Part shown: positions 41,860 to 49,620 of the stretch, in pieces
Position numbering within the stretch: the stretch's first letter is position 1
How the letters are laid out: the number at the start of each line of letters is the position of its first letter
DNA from: Cenarchaeum sp.
GTDB taxonomy: Archaea > Thermoproteota > Nitrososphaeria > Nitrososphaerales > Nitrosopumilaceae
DNA: 64,000 nt
Direction of reading: 5' to 3'
Assembly: GCA_965242695.1 (NCBI GenBank)
Contig: CBDESU010000001.1
Span: 192,001 to 256,000, forward strand
Translations under genes and position numbers: made by a program
Notes under the pieces: model-generated
What the model was told of the DNA's origin: nothing
Databases searched by the model: none
The model's input: only the letters and a program-made list of their open reading frames with translations

Positions 41860-44856
41860 TCATGCCGCCGCATGCCTCGGCAGAATCTCGGAGCATGCGG
41901 CATCGATCTCGCCGGACACGCCGTCCTCGCGAAGCGCCCCTGCCACCGCCCTTCTGGCCTGCGCGGTCGTGTCGCTCTTCGCGGCCTCGCCTGCGCATGC
42001 CCTTTCTGCCACCCTCTCGGCCCTGCCTGCAAGCCTGGACAGCGTGCGATGCGCCGGCCTCGACCCGTCGTACCTTGGAATCGGTATCGTCTTCCACGGG
42101 TGCGCCGCAAAGTCCATGCCGTTCCTGCGCGTCTGGAGAAAGGCGGAGCGCAGGGCCTCGGAGTTCAGCACGGCCGACAGGAACCGCGCCTCGGCGCGCG
42201 ACCTGCACCTGACATAGTAGACGGTGTCGTGCAGTATCCTGCCGTCGTCCGGGACGCGGGCTGCGTACAGGGCGCCGCCTGCCTTGTTGTACGCCACGTG
42301 CTCGCCAGCGCGGCCCAGCTGGCTGGTCAGCTTGCCGTTGTAGTCTATGTTGGCATCCAGGGTGCGCGGCGTACTCGCCCCGCTCCCGCGGTGGGCCTCG
42401 TACAGGTCTGACGCGGCGCGCCAGAAGCCGTTGGAGCCGCGCCCCGGGTCCCACCCGTCCCCCCTGAGCGGCAGTATGCAGCGGGTCGACGTCCGCACCA
42501 GGTAGGGGACAAGGTCGGCGGCCGCCACGCACTCCCTTATCCATCCGGCGGGAACGTCCCCCTCCAGGACGCCCAGATCCTTCCACGGCCTCCACCTGGC
42601 CCTCTTTGTGACGACGTGCACGGCGCCGCCCCCGCCCCCGCCAGACGCCGACCCCGCCCACACCAGGCAGTGCGGTATGATCGTCGCCCCCTTTCTGGCC
42701 GCGGGCCTCCCGTCGGCCCCGTACCACTCTGACCTTTCCAGCGGAAGCCGGCGCTCGGGCCTGCCCCATGCGGTCTTGGCCGCCGCCGTCCTCCACGTGT
42801 CGCCCTCGTGCAGGACGGCACCGGGCTTTTTTGCCAGCCGCCTGTCCCGCTGCCCCGCGGGGCCCATGAACACCACGCACGTGGCGGTCCCGAACGGCAG
42901 CGTCCCGACATCCCACGTCCCCGTGATCCTCTTGCCGGCCTTTTGCCGGAACCTTTCCCACGTGTCGGCCCCCATGGCGCTGCGGGGCAGCACCCAGCAC
43001 GACACGCCCGTTCCGACCGATCCGCCCCTCATGTACAGCTCGGGGCACCTGTCGACGAACAGCGCGGCCATGTCGAACTTTGTATTTCTCCCGCCGGCCC
43101 ATACGCCGAGCTGCTCGGCCATCTCCCTGACCTCGCGCCTGCGATCGGCCGCCTGGATCTTGTCGTACGAGACCCACGGCGGGTTCGACACTATCCTGCC
43201 TGCCGTCCCGCGCAGCCTCATCGGGCCGGCCTGGTTGAGCATGTGCCGCAGCCACGCGCCGTTGGCCTCTGCCTTTGCCATCTCCCTGAGCTGGCCGTGG
43301 GCGCGCAGCAGCCCCTCGCGGTCGTACCCGACCACGTCGGCGCCGAGCGATGCCGGCATGCCGGTGTCGTCGCAGGCCGACCTTACGAAGCGGGCCACGT
43401 TCCTGGCGTCCGAGCAGACAAACCAGCCGGGCATTATCAGCTGCGATCCCCTCGGCGAAGTGAGCGGAAGATCGCCGTTGTGCCCGAACAGGGTCGCCTC
43501 GGGCCTCGGCGTCATGAGGGAGTCGCCCTGGTAGACGGCGATGTCTGCCTCGCCCGCCCCGGGCGCGATCCTTCGCATGTTGGCGCGAGCCATCTCGACT
43601 GCGACGGGGTGTATCTCGATTCCCCTGACCATCCTGCACACGAGTCTTGCAACCGCATCCTTCTCCAGGTACGAGTCCCTGACGGGCCTTGAGCCGGCCA
43701 CCCTCTTGGCGGCGTGGTACAGGAATGTCCCGGAGCCGCAGCACGGATCCAGCACGCAGTCGACCTCTTTTCCCGCGTCAAGCCGCCTGATCTGCTCGCC
43801 GATGAACCCGTCGTCTATCACCTTGGAGCATACAAGCTCTGCAAGCCAGTCCGGCGTGTAGTACTCGCCGTACACCCTCCTGTGCTGGACGGGGATGAAG
43901 TGGCGGTACAGGGCGCGCATCACGTCGCCGGCCTGCTGCGACCAGTTGTACCCGCCTATGATGTCGCCGAGCATGCGAACCTCCGAGTCCCCGACCCACT
44001 GTACGAACCCGTATCGCGGGTCCGCGCCGCCGGGCCGCGACGAGATCATCCTGGCGATCAGGATGAGCATCGAGTGGAGGACAAACATCGTGTCCCTGTC
44101 CCCGTCGGGCGCGTTGCCCCCTCCCCTCAGCTGCTCGAGCCACAGCCCCTGCTGCGTGCGCACGTCGCGCAGCGCCCTGCGCCTCTCAAACGACCTTTCC
44201 AGCGCGGCCCTTGCATCCTCGAAGACGTGCGACATGTCGGCCGATGCCCACTCCTTGCCGACCGTCGCGCGGTCGAGCAGGACGGCGAGCCGCCCGATGT
44301 TGGCGCGGGTCAGCTCGGTCCCGTGCCACGCGCCTATGCGGGACGGCGCGTCCCCTGCATCCGACGGCATCGGCTGCCACTCCCACGCGTACCACACGCG
44401 GCCGTCCGTGGCCATGCCGATCCAGTTCTTCTCGCGCACGCCGTCCTCCTCGAGGTACAGCCGCTCCCTTGCGCGCTCGGCCGCGACGTACCGGGAGACC
44501 TGCTCGAACGCAGACTCGGTCCCGGCCGACCCGGTGCCCTCGGCGTAGGGGCCGCCCGACAGGCGCCCGCCCTGCTTTATCTCCAGGATGACGCGCCTGT
44601 TGGTGAGGTACAGGTCGATCGGCCCGGCGTCCGTCTGGTGCTCGGCACGGATGGCCGCGGCAGGCACGCCGACGGCGGCGAGCCATTCGCTGATGTACGC
44701 CCTGCGGTCGGCCTCCTTTTTGGACGGCGGGGCGAGCAGCGTATTTTCGGCGTCGGCGAGGCGCCCGCCCTTTCCCCTTTGCGCCCGCCTCTTGGACGCG
44801 GCGCGCACCGCATTCCGGGTGCCGCCCGCCCTTGGCGCGCGCGGGGGCCGTGCCAT
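41860..44856 (-). CDS. Type IIG-like fused restriction-modification enzyme, paralog C
   Basis: GPIDLYL..RVILEIK, YGEYYTP, VLDPCCGSGTFL, NPPW; its own TTAAATA box upstream. Confidence 0.87.
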   Translation of the reverse strand: MARPPRAPRAGGTRNAVRAASKRRAQRGKGGRLADAENTLLAPPSKKEADRRAYISEWLAAVGVPAAAIRAEHQTDAGPIDLYLTNRRVILEIKQGGRLSGGPYAEGTGSAGTESAFEQVSRYVAAERARERLYLEEDGVREKNWIGMATDGRVWYAWEWQPMPSDAGDAPSRIGAWHGTELTRANIGRLAVLLDRATVGKEWASADMSHVFEDARAALERSFERRRALRDVRTQQGLWLEQLRGGGNAPDGDRDTMFVLHSMLILIARMISSRPGGADPRYGFVQWVGDSEVRMLGDIIGGYNWSQQAGDVMRALYRHFIPVQHRRVYGEYYTPDWLAELVCSKVIDDGFIGEQIRRLDAGKEVDCVLDPCCGSGTFLYHAAKRVAGSRPVRDSYLEKDAVARLVCRMVRGIEIHPVAVEMARANMRRIAPGAGEADIAVYQGDSLMTPRPEATLFGHNGDLPLTSPRGSQLIMPGWFVCSDARNVARFVRSACDDTGMPASLGADVVGYDREGLLRAHGQLREMAKAEANGAWLRHMLNQAGPMRLRGTAGRIVSNPPWVSYDKIQAADRRREVREMAEQLGVWAGGRNTKFDMAALFVDRCPELYMRGGSVGTGVSCWVLPRSAMGADTWERFRQKAGKRITGTWDVGTLPFGTATCVVFMGPAGQRDRRLAKKPGAVLHEGDTWRTAAAKTAWGRPERRLPLERSEWYGADGRPAARKGATIIPHCLVWAGSASGGGGGGAVHVVTKRARWRPWKDLGVLEGDVPAGWIRECVAAADLVPYLVRTSTRCILPLRGDGWDPGRGSNGFWRAASDLYEAHRGSGASTPRTLDANIDYNGKLTSQLGRAGEHVAYNKAGGALYAARVPDDGRILHDTVYYVRCRSRAEARFLSAVLNSEALRSAFLQTRRNGMDFAAHPWKTIPIPRYDGSRPAHRTLSRLAGRAERVAERACAGEAAKSDTTAQARRAVAGALREDGVSGEIDAACSEILPRHAAA

Positions 44857-44964
44857 GCGCCGCCCGCGCCCCCGTTTTATTTAATGCAAAAATGCGCGCC
44901 GCATGGGATGTCTGCGGACGGAGGTTACGGATGCCGTCCAGGCGCCGCCCGATCCGCCCACGGC

Positions 44965-45444
44965 TCAGCCGCCCTCTTCCGAGTACCACTGCGAAAACTC
45001 GCCGTACTGCCCGATGCGCCGCAGCGCCGCCTCGACCCTTGCCGGCTCGTCGGCGTCGGGCTGCGGGGACGCCCTTGCGACCAGCCCGCGGTAGTATGCA
45101 TCTGCCGCCGGATCGGCCGCCTTTGCAAGGTCGGCCCTGTACGACTCGAGGGCCCTCTTGATTAGCGGCACGTCGGGCTCTAGGCGGCTCGCGCCCCCGT
45201 CCTCGGCAAGCAGGGCCGGCAGGCGCTTGACAAGGTCGACGACGAGGGGGCCGGTCCTTGACGCCTCGTGCGATATGATCTGCGCGAACGCGCCTCCTGC
45301 CCCGCCGTCCCCCGACAGCTCCGGCGAGGCGCCGATCGACGCGAGCCTCCTTGCATAGTGGCGCAGGGCCCTGAGCACGACGGCGTACCCGCCCTCGTCC
45401 TTTACGTAGATCGAGCCGAGCCAGACCGCCTCGCCGCCGGACAC
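44965..45444 (-). CDS. Hypothetical protein
   Basis: 159-aa ORF with host-like codon usage, GTG start, AATAAA upstream. Confidence 0.7.
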   Translation of the reverse strand: MSGGEAVWLGSIYVKDEGGYAVVLRALRHYARRLASIGASPELSGDGGAGGAFAQIISHEASRTGPLVVDLVKRLPALLAEDGGASRLEPDVPLIKRALESYRADLAKAADPAADAYYRGLVARASPQPDADEPARVEAALRRIGQYGEFSQWYSEEGG

Positions 45445-45547
45445 GGCCCGCCGCCCGCACGGCGGCGTTTATTGGTTGCGCGCCGCGCGGGGCGATCGCC
45501 CCGGCGCCCCGCGCGCCCGTTCGAGAAAAAAGAAAAGGGCCTGTGCC

Positions 45548-45646
45548 CTAGCGCCGCGCCCTCTTTGCCGGCCTCTGCTCCTTCTGCCGCTCCGCCTTTA
45601 CCCTGGCCTCTTCGAGCTCTTGGTTCGTGTGCTTGAACTTTTTCAT
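45548..45646 (-). CDS. Small basic protein (32 aa, MKKFKHTNQELEEARVKAERQKEQRPAKRARR)
   Basis: ATG about 25 bp downstream of TTATTATA; T-rich tract after the stop on the coding strand. Confidence 0.55.
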   Translation of the reverse strand: MKKFKHTNQELEEARVKAERQKEQRPAKRARR

Positions 45647-45971
45647 CTGCCGAGCCGCCTCCGCCCAACTATAATAACAGTGCGGAAAAAGCGATCGGAT
45701 CGCGATCATATTCCACGATCGTGTAGCGTGCCGTCCCGGCATGGCGCCGCGCCCCTGTGCCGGCCCCTCCCCCGCAGGCGCCGCCGCGGCAGCTGCTGCC
45801 GCCAGCCGGCCCCTCCCCCGCAGGCGCGCCACAGTGCCGGGCAAGGCCTGTCCAGGCTCCCGCCCTTCCCCCCGCCCCGGCATGCCGCCAGCGGGTGCCG
45901 ATCGCCCCCGCCCGGGATTCCCGCGGCACCGCCTCCGCGGCCCTTTAATTGGGGCGCACCCGGGGGCGGAC

Positions 45972-46859
45972 ATGCGCCTCGGGCAGCGGCAGGGCGGCGG
46001 CGGCAGCAGCGGCAACGCCTCCCTCGACGCCTCGTTCGACGCCGCCGCGGCGGCCTACGGCGGCGCGATGTCGTCCCTTGTCAGGCCCGAGCCGACAAAG
46101 GTCATGCTCGGGGACAGCACGATAACCGACGAGCAGACGTTCGATCCGGGCCGGGTCGAGTCGTACTATGCCCGCGCGACCGAGGCGCTCGCATCGCGCG
46201 GCTGGGATGCCAGGGCGCCGTCGACGACGAGGGACGGCGACATCCGGCGCATATTCGCAAAGTGCTCGGCGCCGGCCGGCGCCGCCCATGAGGTGTCCGT
46301 GCACATGTCCGTGCAGTTCAGGGCCCTGCTCTACTACCGCCCCGTCTACCGCGTCGTCGAGTGCCAAAAGGAGCTGTCCGAGACGGCCACGCTCCTTGCC
46401 GAGCGCGAAAAGAGGGCCGCCTCGGCCGGCGAGATGCGCGCCGAGGCCCTGCTCAGGGATGCGGGCCACGGCCCCGATGCGGGCCCCCAGGAGCTGTTCG
46501 AGGCGCTCTACAACGACGAGGGCCTGCTCGAGTCCGTCAGGGCCGAGGTCGACTCGGCCGCAGGCGGGGCCGGGGCCGAGGCGCAGCGCCTTGCGGCAAG
46601 AAAGTCCAAGCTGCTCGCCGAGCTCGACTCGCTGCTGATCGAGACGTACAGGACGACCGACGTTATGATCGACGATGCGAGGCTGGTGACGGGCGAGGAG
46701 GGGATACTCTTGACGGCCGACGTCGGGCCGCGGGGGGGAGGCGGCGGCGGGGCGGTCGTCCCGGACGGGGCCGCCGAGGCGGCGGGCGCCAGGATTGCCG
46801 AGCTTGCCGCGGCCCTGTCGGGTTGCGCGCCGCGGGGCCCGCCGCCCCCGCCGCCCTAG
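45972..46859 (+). CDS. Hypothetical coiled-coil protein
   Basis: TTTAATT box about 25 bp upstream of ATG 45972; host-like codon usage. Confidence 0.75.
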   Translation: MRLGQRQGGGGSSGNASLDASFDAAAAAYGGAMSSLVRPEPTKVMLGDSTITDEQTFDPGRVESYYARATEALASRGWDARAPSTTRDGDIRRIFAKCSAPAGAAHEVSVHMSVQFRALLYYRPVYRVVECQKELSETATLLAEREKRAASAGEMRAEALLRDAGHGPDAGPQELFEALYNDEGLLESVRAEVDSAAGGAGAEAQRLAARKSKLLAELDSLLIETYRTTDVMIDDARLVTGEEGILLTADVGPRGGGGGGAVVPDGAAEAAGARIAELAAALSGCAPRGPPPPPP

Positions 46860-48133
46860 CCGCGGGGCCCGCCGCCCGCATTCGGCCTCTTTTCTATGCG
46901 GATGCGCACGGGGCGCCTGTCGTCCCCGACCTTTTCCACCACGATTCGCACGCCGCCGGCCTCGACCTTGTCGCCCTCTTGCGGTATGTCGCGCAGCCGC
47001 TCGTGGAGCAGGCCGTTGAGCGAGGCGTAGTCGTCGCCCTCGGGCAGCGACGCGCCGAGGACCTCGTTGACGCGGCTTATGTCGATGTCGCCGGTCGCGA
47101 CGATCGCTCCGGGCCCGTCTAGCTCGTACTCGGCGGGGCGCGCCTTGTCGGTCTCGTCCTCGATCTCGCCGACGATCTCCTCGAGCAGGTCCTCGAGCGT
47201 CACGAGCCCCTCTATCCCCCCGTGCTCGTCGACTACCATCGCGATGTGGACCTTGCGCCCCTTCATCTCGCGCAGCAGCGACGAGACCATCTTTTCCTGC
47301 GAGGCGAATATCGGCTGCCTGCATATGTCCCTGAGCGCGACCATCTTGTTGTCGGCCTCCAGCTCGCGCAGGACGTCGCGCGCGTGGACGAACCCCGCTA
47401 TGTCGTCGCGGTGCTCGCCGTACAGGGGCACGCGCGAGTGGCCGCTCTGGTTTATCAGCGGCAGGGCCTCGAAGAGCATCATCTTGGCGTGCAGGGTGAA
47501 CATGCGCGTGCGCGGCGTCATGACCGTCCTCACCTGCGTGTCGTCAAAGCTCAGGGCGCTGCGGACCATCTCGTGCTCCTCGCGCTCGATCGCCTTGTCG
47601 GCCAGGCCCTGCTCGACGACCCCGTGTATCTCCTCCTCGGTGAGCGGCGGGGCGTGGTAGCCGCTGCCCGTGAGCCTGACCATCCCGCGCGTGATGATCT
47701 CGAAGAGCTTTACGACGGGCCAGAACGCGTAGCTGAACGCGAGCAGGACGGGCGCGAAGCGCAGCGATATCTTTGTCGCGTTGGCGTTGCAGTACGTCTT
47801 TGGCGTGATCTCGCCGAACACGAGTATGACGAACGTCATTACGCCGACGGCGATCCCGAGGCCGTCGCTCCCGAACAGCCGTATGGCCACGCTCGTCGCT
47901 AGCGCCGAGGAGCCGACGTTGACCATGTTGTTGCCGAGGTTGACGCTCGACATCATCCAGCCGGGGTTGGACTTTAGGCGGTGCAGGGCCCTCGATCCCT
48001 TGACGCCGTCCCTGAGGAGCCTCGACACCTTCGACATGCTGGTGCCGACGAGGGCGACCTCTAGGCCGCTGAAGAATCCCGACAGCCCGATCAGCGCGGC
48101 AAGGGCGGTGATTTCCACCCAGAGTTCGACCAA
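46856..48133 (-). CDS. Hemolysin/CorC family (CNNM-CBS-CorC) membrane protein
   Basis: SGFFSGLEVAL, FGEITPK, VMTPRT, GHSRVPLY, VVDEHGG..GLVTLEDLLEEIVGEIEDE. Confidence 0.92.
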   Translation of the reverse strand: MVELWVEITALAALIGLSGFFSGLEVALVGTSMSKVSRLLRDGVKGSRALHRLKSNPGWMMSSVNLGNNMVNVGSSALATSVAIRLFGSDGLGIAVGVMTFVILVFGEITPKTYCNANATKISLRFAPVLLAFSYAFWPVVKLFEIITRGMVRLTGSGYHAPPLTEEEIHGVVEQGLADKAIEREEHEMVRSALSFDDTQVRTVMTPRTRMFTLHAKMMLFEALPLINQSGHSRVPLYGEHRDDIAGFVHARDVLRELEADNKMVALRDICRQPIFASQEKMVSSLLREMKGRKVHIAMVVDEHGGIEGLVTLEDLLEEIVGEIEDETDKARPAEYELDGPGAIVATGDIDISRVNEVLGASLPEGDDYASLNGLLHERLRDIPQEGDKVEAGGVRIVVEKVGDDRRPVRIRIEKRPNAGGGPRG

Positions 48134-48500
48134 TCAGGCCTTCCCCCCGCGGCGCGCCCCCGGCGCGCCCGATCGGCCCTTACCGGACCCCCTCATGCGT
48201 ACACTACCCGCGCCATACAGGGCCGCCATGCCACGGCAGCCGTGCCATTAATAGGTATTCCACGGCCCACGAGGCTGCAATCGGGGGGCGCCGGGGGGCG
48301 CCGCGCCGCCCTTTGCCCTGCCCGCCACGGGTCGCGGGGCCCTCCCGTACGGCGCCCGCCCGCCCGGCGCCCCGGCACTGCCGTGATCGCACGGCCCGGG
48401 CTCTGTGCCGGACAGGACTGTGCCCGCCCGCCCGGCGCCCCTGCGCCTCGGGGAGGGCTTTGGCGGCTGCGGGCGCCCGACGGCCCCTCCAGACCCGCCC

Positions 48501-49535
48501 CTACGTTATCCCGACCAGGCGGGCCATCTCGCGCCTGCACGAGGCCCCGAGGGCGGACGCGGCATCCTCGGGGGTGATCCGGTGAACGTGCACGCCGTAC
48601 CCCCGCTCAAGGCCCGTCTGCGGCCCGGTCACGGGGTATACCTCGATGTGCCAGTGCAGCTGGCGGCTCGGCCTCTTCTCGGGCGAGAGGTGGAACGCCA
48701 TCGTGTACGCGGGGTCCTTGAGCGACCGGGCCATGCCGCCGAGGGAGGCCCTTATCATGAGGGCCAGGTCGTTGATCTCCTTTTGCGTCATCCTTGCAAA
48801 GCTGGTCATGTGCTTCTTGGGGCATATCCAGAACTCGTACGGGTGCGACGGCGCCCACGGGCAGAACGCCGAGAACAGCGACGTCTTGAGGATGTCGCGC
48901 GCGCCGGCCTTGTCCGGATCCATCATGTCGCAGACGGGGCACACGCCCCTCTCGCTGGATATGAGGCGGTGGGACCGCACCTCGGCGGCGATGACCGGGG
49001 GCAGCGTCGGGAACGAGACGATCTCTGCGTGCGGGTACGGGTCGGTCGAGCCGGCCTCGGCCTTGTGGTCTGCGTACACCGCGACGTACGAGACGCCCTT
49101 TTGGTCGTACATCCACCTCACGCAGTCCTGCACGGAGATCAGTATGTTCGTCCACTGCTCGATGCCGACCGTCGACATCGTCTCGCCGGGAGTGGGCACC
49201 GCGGCGACCGTGAGGTGGTGGCCGTACGCCGGCTCGCTGTAGTTGGGGGGGTCGCCGTACGTGTTCTCGGCATCGACGGACACGACCGGCGACGAGCTCT
49301 CGAAGGCGCGCACGGCCCAGTCGGTGACGAAGATTCCGTCGGCGTCCTGGCGGCGCTGCAGCACGCCGTCGCGCACGACGAGCGACAGCTGCGACGGGCG
49401 GGTCCTCGGCTCGTTGCCCGGCGCCATCGGCGACGTTGCGGGGTCGGCGTCGGGGGGCAGGACGGATCCTGCGGCGCAGGGTCCCGCCATTACTGCGAGC
49501 CGGTCGGAGGTGTAGTCGCGCCGCAGGTCTCCCAC
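48501..49535 (-). CDS. Galactose-1-phosphate uridylyltransferase-like (HIT superfamily)
   Basis: DLRRDY, GNE, YPH, CPVCD, FCPWAP..PYEFWICPKKH, LHWHIEVYP; GTG start after TTATAA. Confidence 0.85.
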   Translation of the reverse strand: MGDLRRDYTSDRLAVMAGPCAAGSVLPPDADPATSPMAPGNEPRTRPSQLSLVVRDGVLQRRQDADGIFVTDWAVRAFESSSPVVSVDAENTYGDPPNYSEPAYGHHLTVAAVPTPGETMSTVGIEQWTNILISVQDCVRWMYDQKGVSYVAVYADHKAEAGSTDPYPHAEIVSFPTLPPVIAAEVRSHRLISSERGVCPVCDMMDPDKAGARDILKTSLFSAFCPWAPSHPYEFWICPKKHMTSFARMTQKEINDLALMIRASLGGMARSLKDPAYTMAFHLSPEKRPSRQLHWHIEVYPVTGPQTGLERGYGVHVHRITPEDAASALGASCRREMARLVGIT

Positions 49536-49620
49536 GCGCGGGGCGCGGCGCGGCGTGCTTATAACCTTCGTGCAGGCGCCGCCGGGATCCTGATCGGGCC
49601 GCGGCGCCGGGCGCGCGAGC

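Noticed and set aside
35463-44856. Recombinase-driven shufflon
   Set aside because: No site-specific recombinase or short inverted crossover sites recognised; all three are full-length genes with promoters
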